A DNA stretch of 64,000 nt, from the NCBI GenBank assembly GCA_035084275.1, contig CM068744.1, positions 50,902,001 to 50,966,000 of the forward strand. Direction: 5' to 3'. The translations under genes were made by a program, and so were the position numbers. The notes under the pieces were generated by a model. It saw nothing but the letters and a program-made list of their open reading frames with translations, was not told the DNA's origin and made no database searches. Position 1 is the stretch's first letter. Each line of letters opens with the position of its first letter. The stretch comes from Hydrolagus colliei. Lineage: Eukaryota. Positions 23,607 through 37,311 of the stretch are shown piece after piece.

Positions 23607-26600
23607 GTAAGTAATATCCATAAAGGTATGCCTTGACAACTTGTAACTCATATGGAAGAAAATGAAAATAAATATTAGTTTATAAACCAAAGAATATAGG
23701 AACATTTAGCCTATGGAGCTTGTTTTGCCATTTCACTAGATTATTGACCCTTTCTAAATTTGTAATTCATTTTATTCACTTTTTCTCCATGCCCTATAAT
23801 ATCTTTACTGTCACCTTATCTAATTTATGGTGTTCTGGAGAATTCATTGTATATTCTCAAAACTGTTTTTTGCGATGAAATATTTTCTGATTTCATTGTT
23901 AACCACCTTAGCTCTAAGTTAAATATGGTACCCTTTGTGTTGGACTGCTTTTGTTCTATTGCATGCTCAAAATCTACTTTATGAATCGTAATACAGTTAC
24001 AGTTTTCAATTTCTGAATGTTGCATTTGGGGTGAAGGCTTACTGGAGTTTCTGAATCTGGAAAGGCTGGAGTCCTATTAATCACAGTGTTCAAATGAACT
24101 AAATTGTAAGGAATATGACAATTATATTTTAATATAATTAACAAAGCTACTGCAGAATCATAATATTTTAGCTTTTTATTGAGACTCTGACCACCTTTCT
24201 GACATTATTTACTTCCTAATTTCAATCTATATGACTATCGTCTAACTTGTGCCACTAAATAAGGGCTTACAAAAGTATATTTTATTTGTAGCCCTTAGAT
24301 TAAACGTCCAACGTTATTAAATAGTTTTAGCCAAACTACGAAACGTTTGCAATCTGGTAATTTTCAGAAGGTAGATAAGAAAGACCTTATAGTCAAATCA
24401 TTGCTAGTGGCTTGAAAAATTATTTTGTATCCATTCGTTTAAAATGATTTTTTCTTCATGTCCTTAGCCTGACACATCTGTGAAGACAACAATCATTTTT
24501 TAATTTCTATATTTAGAAGTTAAGTAATGCATCAGAGGCATCTTTAATGCAGTAAAACTCCTAAACTAGATTCCTATCTCGGAGCACCTTTCAGAACATA
24601 TTATTCTTTATGATGTATAGAAGGACAGTAATATCTGGGGTGTGTGGGGGTTGCCTTTGGGTTAGGAAGGTGGATGTGATGAATGTCAGCTCCCACAATT
24701 GAATCACATGATTTGAACCAGCAGTAGTAATGTACTACATAATTCTATAAGGACAGATTTAGAATTATTTTAGTTCATTATAAATATTGTTAGCAGCAAT
24801 AAATTAAATGTAATTAATGAAAAAATGCTCAACATAAACAGCTGTTTAATCAGCATCTGAAAAGAAAGTTAGGATGGCTAACATTTTGTGATTGACTATC
24901 AATATACTGTATTACATTTTGATCACAAAATAATACATTTATTGGAAGAATAGAATAGAATTAGATTTGACAATTATTTCATAAATTGATTGAATTACGG
25001 TTAATGCTATAAGATTGATATAACTATGGAAAGAGACAGAACTGTGAACCACTATAATCCATTCAAATTTGAAATTCTCAGCCTGTATTCTCAGGTAGTT
25101 ATTTTGTTTTCATGGGGTAATTGCCCACTTTTTGTTGTTCCCTAACTCTGCAGGTAATTCTAACATCGCCAAATTTTCTATGGATCAATTGCCATATTAA
25201 AATGGCTGCCTGAAAAATAAAGCTCATAGTTATTAAATGCACAATATTTGCTATGTAGCACCGAAGCTAAATTTTATCCCAGTTATGAAATCAGACTCAG
25301 AGTTTGTGTGGGTCAACTGTAATGAGTTATTTATCACTTTACAATGTTGCTGCAAACTCCCCAGTTACATTATTTATTCTCAATATAAATTTTGATGGTG
25401 TTCTCAATAACAAGAAGCAGAATCCAGTTTAACTACGTCAAATATTTTTTTAAATTTCATATTGATTTCAGTACTTTGTTTTGCAATGCTTGTTCTTTCA
25501 GAGATCTGTGTGACCTGCATAACAATATATTTTAGGAATGTATATGCTTTATGGGGATCTGTTTTATTGAGATTTAACTGCATACAAAATGTACTGCATG
25601 CTTTTAAAACATGTCCACATATATTTCATTTAAACTGCATAAACCTGTCTTTTTTTGGGAATGAATGCACGCGAAACTACACCCATCATACAAAACCCCC
25701 CAACTAATCTTTTATCTCTGTGACCTTGATTCTGATACAAAGCAAGAAGATCTGCTTTGTCTAAATAGCTTCGGGGCTTGGTTTGCACACACGGTGCTGA
25801 TGGAATGCCTTCCATCTTAAGTCGACCTATAATGAAAAAGATGCTGCCTACTTTGAGCTGCACGTTATTGAACTATTTTGGCAGTCCAATGCTTCTTCAG
25901 TTGTTGATCCCAGTAGTTAAGTGGGGCCAGTCTCTTTTTTTCCTGCTGTGCAGGCTTCGAATCTGTGGCAGTATTTTTCACAGAGGTGACAAAGAATATG
26001 GCAGAACTGGAATTAACGAATAGTTGAGAACAACAGTGGAGGAGAAAAAATAAACACAGAACCAAATCTGAAAAATGGCAGGATTTGTTGCTTCTAATAT
26101 TGGGTGGTGCAAAAGAGCTTTGCTCAAGTGTTGCCTTCCTATTTAATCATTCCTCATTGTGAAACCAAAAATTTAATATTCTGTTCATTTATTCTGAAGC
26201 ATAAAATATAAGAGACAAGAATTGATGGATACTACAAAGGTATTCTTTTCTCACTATAATTTTTTAAAAACATTGTATAATTTGGGTGAATAAATGTTCA
26301 AAGCAGTTTAGCCATAAATTTTGCCACTTTTTTTCTATTTCTTTTGGCTGAGATCTTTTTTCTCTGCCTACGTGTCTTTTTGAGATAAAATAATTTGAAT
26401 GATTCAGTACATACCTGCTCATTTACATTGATAAATTATTTCTCTCTCACCATCAGCACCACATAAATACAGATGTAATCTAGGTATCTAAAATATTTCC
26501 ATATAAAAGGTCCAGTTTATCGACCAGAAACATGCCACCATATGGTATTATGTAATAGATAAAGCTAATCACAAATTAAGTTCAACTATATTCTTCACAC

Positions 26601-27941
26601 AAATGAAACACTGTTTCAGAACATTAAATGCACAAACACCATTATAACATATTTATATTCCTTTTTTTTAAAGTAGGTGGTGGTAGACAAGTGCAGTGAA
26701 TACATAGAACCCATTTTGTTTCAGAAAGTGGATTGTAATCACAGTTCATGATTGGTTTCCATTCCTCAACATTAATTTAATTAGTAACTTAAATTCATCA
26801 GATTAACATTCGAAGATGTGAAAAGTGCTATATCAAATACAAGAATTATTATTATTAAAGAATTATACCAAATGTCAATAACTATTCCTAAACTGAATCC
26901 TTAGTCTTTGTACAATGATTGAATATCATCCTATAAGGCATGCTAAACACATTTTTTCCAAATAACAGAAATTAAAAAAGAAAGATTGATTTCCCCTTAC
27001 TAAAGGAGAAATTAATCCTACATTCAGATCCTATCTGCTGTATATTCTACCATTCTTAGTTAAACGAAATGCAGCACACCAGGATTGTGTTCTTAAGCCT
27101 TTTTAGCTTTATGCAAAACGATTTCAACCCAAAATAATTATCCTCAGCCCAAAACCTTGCTAGAAAACAGATGAGTGTAGGAGATTAACCTCTAGTACAG
27201 TATTTTCTTTGTGTCCTTTTATTCTCAGTCAAATCCAATCTGATATCTATTTTGTGTGCTATTGCTTAGCATCCCCTTGTTTCATTCCCCCTATCTGACG
27301 ACTTTCCCCCTTCATAAAGCTATCCTTCAGAAATCAGCAGTGATCAATAGAGTACATACATTGCAGAAACCAGCAAATCTAGACATCAAAAATATTATGT
27401 TCTTACAGTAGTGCAAGTCTGTTAGTACATCAATATAGATTGAATGATACTGCAGGTTCCCTTTATCTGCTGCAAGACAATCTGGACCATTTAATCAGAT
27501 GACATAAGGAGACTGCTGCCGTGAAGACAAATTTTAATGTAGACAAAAGTAATTAATACACATTGGACAAAAAGTATAAACTTGTACTAGAGGTGTTCAT
27601 TGGAAGAAATAGTGAATGAAATGAATTTAATTATTAGTTATTTACTAAAGGTTTCTATAAATATCAAGCTGTTATCCACAGAAAGTCAAAACTCGTAAGT
27701 TGGCTTTTAAGAGAATTTGCTGTAAGCCTGGTTTTGCAACTTTACAGTTGATGGGAGTGAATCCATCTCCACGATGAGATATCATATGTTAAGCGCTATG
27801 ACACACTTCAACAATGTTATAAGATGCTATATCAAATGCAAGGATTATTATGATAAACTATATTATGAACAAACAGGCATTAATTTAGTCCCTAGCAGCT
27901 GATTAATATCAAATATTAATTGAATTCCATAATGTATTATA

Positions 27942-29510
27942 ATCATAGAATTATATGGCACAAAAGGAGGCCATTTGGCCCATCTGGTCTGTGCCGGCTC
28001 TGTGAACAGAGCAACTCAATCCCACTGCCCAGCTTTCTCCCCATACCCTAACAGACCTGCTCTTCCTAAATAAAGATTTACTTCCCTTTTAAAAGCTGTT
28101 ACGGAATCTGCCTCCACCACCTTTTCAGGCTATGCATTCCAGATTCAAACAATCCACTGAGTGAAAAAAATTCTCCTCAGCTCTCCTCTGCTTCATTTTG
28201 AAACTATTTTAAATCTGTGACCACGAGTCACTGATTCGCCCACCAGTGGAAACAGTCTTTCCCTATTCACCCTGTCGAAACCTCTCATAATCTTATAAAC
28301 CTCTATTAGGTCTCCTCTCAATTTTCTTTGTTCTAGAGAGAATAAGCCTAGTTTATCTAGCCTTTGCCCATAACTGAAGACCCTCAATCCTGGTACCACC
28401 CTGGTAAATCTCCTCTGCACCCTTTCCAATGCCTTAATATCCTTCCTAAAGTGTGATGACCAGAATTGTACACAGTACTCCAGCTGAGGCCTAACCAAAG
28501 TCTTATAGAGGTTAATCAGCACTTCCTGACTTTTGTATTCTATACCCCTATTTATAAAGCCTAGTATCCCATATGCCTTAACAGCCTTGTCTACCTGTCC
28601 TGCCACTTTCAAAGAGTCACTAACACAAATCCCTAGGTCTCTCTGTTCCTTCACACCCTTTAAAATTGTACTATCTAGCCTATATTGCCTCCTCTCATTT
28701 CTTCTCCCAAAGTGTATCATCTCACACTTCTCTGTATTAAACTTCATCTGTCATGTATCTGCCCACTTTACCATTTTATCTATATCCTTTTGCAGATGGC
28801 TTTTATCCTCCTCACTATTTACTCTTCTCTCTAACTTAGATCATCTGCAAATGTGGAAACCGTACTCCCTAAACCCAAATCATTAATGTATATTAAAAAG
28901 AACAGTGGTCCCAAAACTGATCCCTGGGGGAACGCCACTTCACACTTCCCTCCAGTCTGAAAAGCAGTTACTCACCACAACTCTCTGCTTTCTGTCTCGC
29001 AGCCAGTTGTGGATCCACGCTACCACTGTCCCTTTAACACTGTGGGCCTCTATTTTCCTAATAAGCCTCTCATGCGGCACTTTGTCAAATGCCTTTTGAA
29101 AGTTCATGTAAACTACATCAACTGCGCTGCCCTCGTCTACCCATTCTGTTACATCGTTGAAAAATTCTATCAGATTTGTAAGGCAAGATTTGCCTTTAAC
29201 AAATCCATGCTGGCTGTCCTTTATCAGCCTATATTTTTCCAAGTGAAGATCTATCTTGTCCCTGATTATAGATTATAGAAGTTTGCCCACTACTGATGTT
29301 AGACTGACTGGCCTGTAGTTCCCAGGTTTGTCCTTCTGCCCCTTTTTGTACAGGGGAGTAACATTATCAACCCTCCAGTCCTCTGGTACCACCCGTGTCC
29401 AAGGAAGATTGAAAGATTGTGGCCAGAGTCTCTGCTATTTGCTCCCATACTTCCGTTAGTAACCTAGGATGCATCCCATCCGGACCGGGCAACTTATCTA
29501 CCTTGAGTAG
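27942..29510 (-). mobile_element. CR1 LINE, 5'-truncated, RT region with frameshifts
   Basis: SQHGFVKGKSCLTNL, FQKAFDKVPH, FADD, LYKTLVRPQLEYCVQFW and RGDLIEVYKI motifs. Candidate TSD ataatgtatta (27929-27939) / ataatgtgtta (29511-29521). Confidence 0.95.
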
Positions 29511-31214
29511 ATAATGTGTTAATTCATCTCAATGTTTAATGTATTAGAATTTTTTTTAAACTTAAATTGAAGTTGTTAAATATAGGCAAAGAAACTCCAT
29601 TCACTCAGTAATGATAATAATGCTTGCATTTGTATAGCAATTTTCACATCAGGAGGGCATCCCAGCACACTTCACATGGATTTGCTGTGAAATGGAGTGA
29701 CTGTTCAAGGCAGAACCCTTGAAAAATTCCCTGATCTGAGTTGCCAGTGATTGCCCTGCACAATGGAGGACAGAAACTTCATGCAGGTAATGCCTCAGGA
29801 GCAAATCTAAACCAAGGGAGCATACCAACTCAAGTCACTTTTATACACCTACCAGAGACTTGGGAACTTGTCAACTTTCTGTTCTCATGGAATGGTGTGT
29901 ATATAACCTGGGGGAAACCTAAAGGGCACCTTTTTAGGGGGAAAAACACTAATTAAAACAACAGTAGAATACTGAGTTGCCCGGTCCTTTTGTTCTCAAC
30001 CTACAGTACTCCTTGAATAAGGATTTTGATCATTCCTTAATGAGTTTTGAATGAGAAGGACACCTAAAGCCAGTACCATGAGTATCAGATTAGTAGCACT
30101 GTACATCCTATTGAGTACATTAAGTAATATTGTCATTTAAAATAGTTACATTGGAATGTTGTGCTCAACTCAACAAATATTAATAAACAAATCGATGAAT
30201 AAAAATCCTGTATATATCCTTGATCAGAGCTGAGTTTAATTTCCACAGTCGCCTTCTTGTGCTTGGATTGATGAGTTTAGCTCCAACGTGACCACTTTGT
30301 AATGAGCCAGAGGATGGATTTTCATAACCTTCAATTCAAAGATAACAAAAGTCAAGAAAACTAATTAGTTCACCATCAAAACTGTACCAGACACCAGTGA
30401 TGTGATTCATTATTGTAGAACACTTGCACATAATGTTCATTTTGGATTTCAGTTGCTTGCTAAATGCACCTATTGCTTGAATTCTGCTGTGAATATCTAT
30501 TAAAATATGGGCTGTTTTAATGAATAAGTTAGGCAAGCATCTTTTCATTTGCTGCAAAAGGACAATGCGTTGAAAATAATTGATATTGTTACTTATACTG
30601 TGACGGTTCTCACCCCTGGATGTATGTGCAAATTTTATTAACACTTTTGTACTAAGTGGCCTCTGCTTGACTGCTAACCCTGTCGGTGTGAATCCCTATT
30701 TCAAAAGGGACTCAATCAATTCAGAGTCACACACAGACAGGTATTGTCAGTTAACCCCAATGCGCAGTAACTGGCATGTCTAATCAGAGTCTGCTTACAC
30801 TAGTAGACCTCCAATGTTGACAACTACCCTCCGAAGTTCTTACTCCTTTTCTTGTATAGAATACTACAGAGGCTCAAGAATATGTTTGGTAGAAACAACA
30901 GGACTTTTTCTAAAACCTAGCAACCCTAGGCTATGTTGTAGATACGGAACACAACAATGGAAGATGTACAATAATTGGATCAAGTATAGCAATCACACAT
31001 AACTATAACAACTGCCAGCACATTACTACATTAGGAAATAAATATTAAACCAACCTGACTGTACAATAGTTCTCAGTGCTAGGTGACGACCATCAAGTTG
31101 ACCATGAGTAGTGTCAAGCATTGCTTTATTTAGGCGTATGGCTCAACCCACCATATGAAGCAGGTTTTTTCAGTGGGTGGGGCGGGTTCCCACGTTAGCA
31201 CTCATGTATTATTT

Positions 31215-32285
31215 ATTTAACTCTGACCCAGTTACCTGTGGGGTACCCCAGGGATCCATCCTTGGCCCCCGCCTCTTCCTCATCTACATGCTCCCTCTTG
31301 GGGATGTCATCCTCACACATGGGGCACACTTCCACATGTATGCGGATGACATCCAACTCTATTTCTCCACTTCACTTTGCAACCCCCAGTCCCCTGATGT
31401 TCTGTCAGCCTGTCTGGCAGACATCAGGAGCTGGATGAGCGCAAATTTCTTGCAGCTGAATGTTGACAAGACGGAGGCCATACTCTCTGGCTGTCGTCAA
31501 CATCTCCATTTACATGGCTCTCACCTCCTCCACCTTCTCGGTCTCCCCCTGAAACTCTATGAACCTGTGCGCAACCTTGGCGTCAGGTTTGATTCCCCAA
31601 CTGTCCTTCCTCCCCCACATCCGGTCCCTCACCAGCACCGCCTTCTTCCACCTCCGACGGATCGCCCGTCTCCGGCAATACCTCACTCCAAAAGCCTCTG
31701 AAACCCTGGTCCACGCCTTCATCACCTCATGGCTGGACTATTCAAATGCCCTCCTCACCAGTCTCCCCTCCACCACAATCCATAAAATCCAACTCATCCA
31801 AAACTCTGCCGCCCGCATACTCACCCGCACCAAACTTCGCTCCCCCATTACCCCAGTCCTTGCCAGACTTCACTGGCTCCCTATCCCCGAGAGGATCGAC
31901 TTCAAGATCCTCACCCTTGTTTTCAAATACCTCCTCTGCACTCCCCCTACCTCTCTGACCTCCTCTCTCCTCAAACCAGCTCCCGTTGCCTTCACTCCAT
32001 TGGGTCTAGCTCCTGCATGTCCTCCGAATCCTCCACTGCACCCTCGCCGGCCGGGCCTTCAGCCACTATGCCCCAAGGCTCTGGAATTCCCTTCCTCACT
32101 ACCTTCGTCTTGCCCCGTCTTTTCTCAGATTCAAGTCCCAGTTAAAGACCTTTCTCTTCGACCACGCCTTTGGTCACCATTCTATCCTTGCCCCTGGCTC
32201 GGTCCCGGGATCTGTTACTGTGAAGAGCTCTAAGACGCCATCCGGCGTGGAGGGCGCTATATAAATTGAAGTTGTTGTTGTTGTT
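31215..32285 (+). mobile_element. L2 LINE (second subfamily), 5'-truncated
   Basis: GVPQGSILGP, MYADDIQLY and HWLPIPERIDFKIL motifs, plus a (TTG)n tail. Confidence 0.92.
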
Positions 32286-32289
32286 ATTT

Positions 32290-32543
32290 TACTCTGCGCT
32301 TGTTAAAATGTACTGTGAAGTGAATTGACTATATATTTGTGGGTGAAACACAGCAGCCAATTGCACACAGCAGTGTCCCAAAAACAGACTTGGATTGAAA
32401 TGACCAATTTTTTGGGGGGGGATTATTATTAGGAGTGTAGAGTAAGGAAACTTGCCTAAGGTTTCACTCTTACTGAATTCAAACACAGGTCTCACATTTG
32501 TAAGGCAAGTGCTCTAACCATTGAGCTAAGTATGGGTCTCCAC
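32290..32543 (-). mobile_element. SINE family A, antisense
   Basis: Reverse complement of 20664 onward (gtgctctaaccattgagcta; gtaaggaaacttgcctaagg; cagcagtgtccc). Confidence 0.85.
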
Positions 32544-33814
32544 GAGTCTTCCACGATTCAACTTGGAACTTTATGAAACCCATTTAAATGGACAAGCCCC
32601 ACATTTCCCTTAAATAATATTACAGTACTGTACAGAATATAGTTATAAATACAGTACATATTATTTAAAATTTACAAAAGACCGCAAGAATAGGGTAACC
32701 GTGACAGTACATCCAGTTTCAAAAATAACACATGGTTCTTCTGGCTTATTTGCTTCCCTTAAGGATGAAGATGGTACAAAATTAATTCAAGTTTGGGTAT
32801 TTTGTGAGGCAAAACCTGAAGCAGTTCTAATAGCAGAACAAGGAGCTAAGCTGCATGCAGCATAAGAGTCTTTTTATCAGAGTCAGTAATTGTTTTGTTC
32901 CCGAGACATGCCAAAGCAATGTCTGCTTTTGTGGGAGAAAGAAACTAAGCCTTTTCAATGTTGACTAATTAATTGTTGATCCCTTTCCAGTAAGCAACAT
33001 CTCTCCCATCTAGATTAATCTGGTAGATATCTACAGAATTGTCAATTTAGGGCAACTTATTATTTTTGTTAGAAGAAAGAACTTGGATTTTTATAGTACA
33101 TGAATATCATGTCAAGCTGTCTTGAAGCGCTTTACTGGTAATTACTGTCAACTATTGTGACCTTGTATGAGCAAGGTCCCACAAATAGCCATGAGGTGAA
33201 TGACCAATTAATCTGCCGCACTGTTAGCCAGACAACCAGTCAAAAATGCTCTATTTTGAAATATTATAGCATTTTAATGTTTCACAGACCAGGCAGGTTG
33301 GAACTTTGATTTAATGTCTCATTTAGTAATAATCCTTGCATTTTATATAGTGCCTTTCATGTTAGGTGAATGCCTCAAAGTGCTTCACAGGAATTACTGT
33401 AGTGTATTGACTGTATATTGTAGACATTCTCTATTGCTTTATCCTGTAAAGCCTGTGTCATCAAACACCAAGAACTCCATCCTCATCAAGCTGGTTTGGC
33501 TCTGTCTCGCTGAACAGATCGACTTAACGTATGGGGTATAGGATCAACAGATCGCTAGAACCAAACTCATTTGCTTATCCCTTATGCTCAACTAATGCAG
33601 TACCGTTGCACATCTTTTGCCCCTCTGTGCTACTGTTCCTGCCTCTTTGTCCGCTCTTTATCTATCTTTCAACCACATCCTAAAATCTGTCTCTTAAACT
33701 GTGCCTTTTGTCACCTACCTCTTCTCGCTTCCCACTTGCTTGGCGTTCAATCCCAACATCACTGTGTAGCTCTCTCAAGATATTATCTATGTGAACGGTG
33801 CAAATTGTTGTTGT

Positions 33815-33921
33815 GACCCCGCCCGCATGCTCAGGTCCAGACCCCTGCCTGTTCAGCGTTTTAGGACATCTTCCCGATGTGAAAGGCGCTCTACAAATGT
33901 AATTTTGTTGTTGTTGCTGTT
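33815..33921 (+). mobile_element. L2 3' tail fragment
   Basis: ggacatcttcccgatgtgaaaggcgctctacaaatgtaattttgttgttg is the same terminal motif as 19801-19861. Confidence 0.75.
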
Positions 33922-35136
33922 GCAAAGCAGTGTTAAAAGGCTGCATTCCAGGGCCCAAAATGTTAACTTTTAGGCCTGTTTTTAAAAAAAATACGGTATT
34001 TTCTAGACATCCAAACAACTGGGCTTAAAAATAGCAACAATCTCAGGCTGGCAAGGGCTACCCTATATGTTAAATCGAAGAATTGTTCAAGTTGTTTTTG
34101 AGTGGCAGTTGGAGTTTAGGATTGCAACCTCTCAGTACTGAATATGAAATAGTGTTCATTATTATTTTTTAGTAATAAATTATTTGTATTATTATTTTTC
34201 AGAAGGAGGAATGGTGGTGGGGGGAAAGGGAGGAGTATTTCTAAACGCATTTTAATCCTCATCCTTAATTAAGGACTAGTATAATTTGTTGTACAGTTAG
34301 AAATACAATTTGGATTTGCATTTTCTGAAAAACACAATTTTATATTTTATTGCCAAAATCTTGGACATAGTGAACATTTTAGCGAGGCTGTTGTGAGAGT
34401 GGAACTTGCTGTTTAATAGAAAATCCATTTAGTTAAGATGGTAACCTGCAATAAACACAACATTCCAGTTATTGAAGTAATGTTACTCCTCCATTGATGT
34501 CAGAGAGGAAAATTTATATCTCACATGCTTTAATGCTCATGGTCCCACCATTGTTAACTTATATAGTAAAATTATTTGTTAAAAAGTAAACACTCATTAA
34601 ACCAGGCTAATGTTATGGTTAGGATTTATTCTTACACATTTTCTTAAATGATGTCCAACAATATGCTCTGTTTTACGCGGTTTAATTTATCACCCGTTTG
34701 TCTTTCTGCCAATGTTTAGCCTGAAGCTTTAAATTTAAAAAAATAAACAGGCAATTACTCATTTGTTTCTTAGATGCTTGTAGACAAGTGACCTATTGCA
34801 AACTACATGTTGGGTTTTCAGTATTGTTTGTTTTTCAGATAAAACACCATCTTCAAGCATAGCTAAGCAATCGGGAATACTTTAGCTTTTTCATTGCGGC
34901 TTAGCAGTATTAAAACATATTGGAAAATATATCTTGTATTAACCCAAAAATGTTGTTAGTCTCAACAAACCTGCCTTTTAAGTGTGTATCAATACCACTC
35001 ATTGCCTTTTCACCATTGCCTTCTCGTTGTTTGCTGAACTTGTTATTCTGCCTTGAAGACATCTATCTTTTCCCCTTCTCCTTTGAAGACATGTTTCATT
35101 CCACCAGGGCACTGCTACATAAATGTGTCTGAGTAG

Positions 35137-35370
35137 CCATTATTCATGTGTAAGGTATTGACAGTGAGTGTCAGCAGGCGATGTGGGCTATTGGGGGTGG
35201 GGGAGTGAAGCACAGCTGAGCTCAGTTCTTTCTTTGCCCAATTTCCACACACATAGTTCAAGCAGGAGTAACTACATAGCAATCAATGCAAACTCCTGGT
35301 GTGCTAAGTACAATTGTAACACCCCTACTGTGATCTGGTAAATCTGCAAAGACAAGGGATTGATTCCAAA
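35137..35370 (-). mobile_element. Old SINE-like repeat (family C); related copy at ~43608-43760
   Basis: Shared blocks ttcatgtgt..a..gacag.gag...gctatt...cacagctgag occur at both loci. The family assignment is from memory only. Confidence 0.45.
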
Positions 35371-36588
35371 TAAAACAGGCCCAATTTTTCTCAGCATTTA
35401 CATTTCTAATTGCCTGGAATCATCACCACTATTTTGAGGACAGTAATATCTTTCTGATGACAAAATAAATAATTTGTATTTTTCTAGCATTTTCATGGCA
35501 CCTTATATTGAAATGGCTCATAATGCTTCAAAATCACTGTCAAGTATGGTGACTGCTTTTGTGAATGGCCATGAAATGAATGAACAATTACTCCAGAGAT
35601 TGTTAGGCTGGACTTAGTGACAATTGTGCACAAAACTCCTGATTGCATCTGACCAACATCCTATATTAAAAAAATGGCATTTGGACCCTCTGCCAATGCA
35701 ATCAAATAATTACTGGCTTTGCCATAGCCTACACTGGGTGGACTATAAATTTGTATACAAATCTCTCTCTTTTAGCTGATTGCTCCAATACTAATTATTT
35801 TACATTGATTTCCATTTAACTGAATATATCACCATTTTGCCATAGCTTTCAACTATCATGTCTTCAAACTCTATGCACAATCCCTCTATCCTTGCCTCTA
35901 CTTTTCCATCTTCAGATTGCTTCTGATGGCTGTCCTCTATGATATTTCCTATGGTCACCTCTCTACCTGGTTCGCTGTTAAGCACTCTGAAATGGTGCCG
36001 GCATGTAAGGTGCTATATAAATGCAAGTTGTTACTATTGAAAAATATCTAGATCACAATCCTTCTGAATTGTTTCCTTGTTCAGTTGTTCTGTCTCTGCA
36101 AATGTAGACATTATGTTACAATACCTTCATCCAAGTCATGAAAATTTATTGATACAGTATGTTGTTGAAGACAAGTGTACTAAGGCTTATCTCAGTCATT
36201 ACTTTTTTTTAAATGGGAAAAGCAGGACTCAGTTCATCTATGCTTATTGTGGCAACTTTGTAAGCTCTCAGGCCAGGGATGAATTTTATTAGATACATCT
36301 TTGACTTTTTACACTGTCAACAACAAATCATACATGTTCGCTCAAAAGTGTCCAAGTTAATAAACCAAGCTGGTAGTGGAGACTCTTTAATCCAGCACAG
36401 TACAGGGAGCATGAGTCAGCATCAGCCTTTAGGCAAATCCACATCCAGCCGATAGGAAAGATTTGACAAGAACTCTGCAGAAAGCTGTCTCTTTTAACAG
36501 TAGAGACAACGACAAAAAAGAAATCCAGTTGCTCATGCTGACTGATGTATAGCTTTACAAAAATGGTAGCAGAACGTTAAGTCAAATA

Positions 36589-37311
36589 CAGTAGAAGCCC
36601 GTTTATCCATGACTCGAGGAACCGGCACTTCCGTATAACCGGCACGCAAAACATTTTTCCCCATTTGATAAACCGGAACTTATCCAGAACAATAGCAGTA
36701 GAGCATTTGTAAATGCATAAATAATAACATAATAGCAGAATATTGTATTGGTACTTATTGTTACAACTACTCTCTTGCGCTTCTCACCTTTACTAGTAGA
36801 TGCTGCGCTTGAAGTCATGATACTGCGGTTGAGGTTTATAGTCCAGCGATTCTTTTTAAAATGGAGCATGCCAAGCGGGTGAAAAAAACGGATCGTGACT
36901 TTAAAGCCATTCTAGCGGCAAGCCGATAACGCTAACCGATAACCCACATTGTCGCGCAGGTGCAGTATTTTGGTTTGCCACTAGTAGGGCTATCGGCTTG
37001 CCGCTAGTAAAGTCACGAGATTTTAAAATCGCACTGCCATTTTTTTCACCCGCTTGGCGTCCTCCATTTAAAAAAGAATCGCTGGACTGTAAACCTCAAT
37101 CAGTAAAGGTGAGAAGCACAAGAGAGTAGTTTTAACAATAAGTACCAATACAATATTCTGTTATTATCTGTTATCATTTAGTATGGTGTGTGTTAAAAGC
37201 ACTTTACTTTTTTTGTTGTGGGTTTTCGGCCACGGGCCGCCTGAATATCCTGTGGCGCTTTAACCGGCATCGGCCAGGTCCCACGGGTGCCACATAAATG
37301 GGCTTTTACTG
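36589..37311. mobile_element. pogo/Tigger-type MITE with large internal inverted repeat
   Basis: ta|cagtagaagcccgtttat ... ataaatgggcttttactg|ta; ends are related to the 6773 MITE. It contains the SKGEKRKRVVVTI transposase N-terminus. Confidence 0.9.

Noticed and set aside
27942-29510. Intact autonomous retrotransposon or domesticated RT gene
   Set aside because: 5'-truncated with frameshifts and stops. None of the LINE copies in the window retains an intact endonuclease domain or ORF1.
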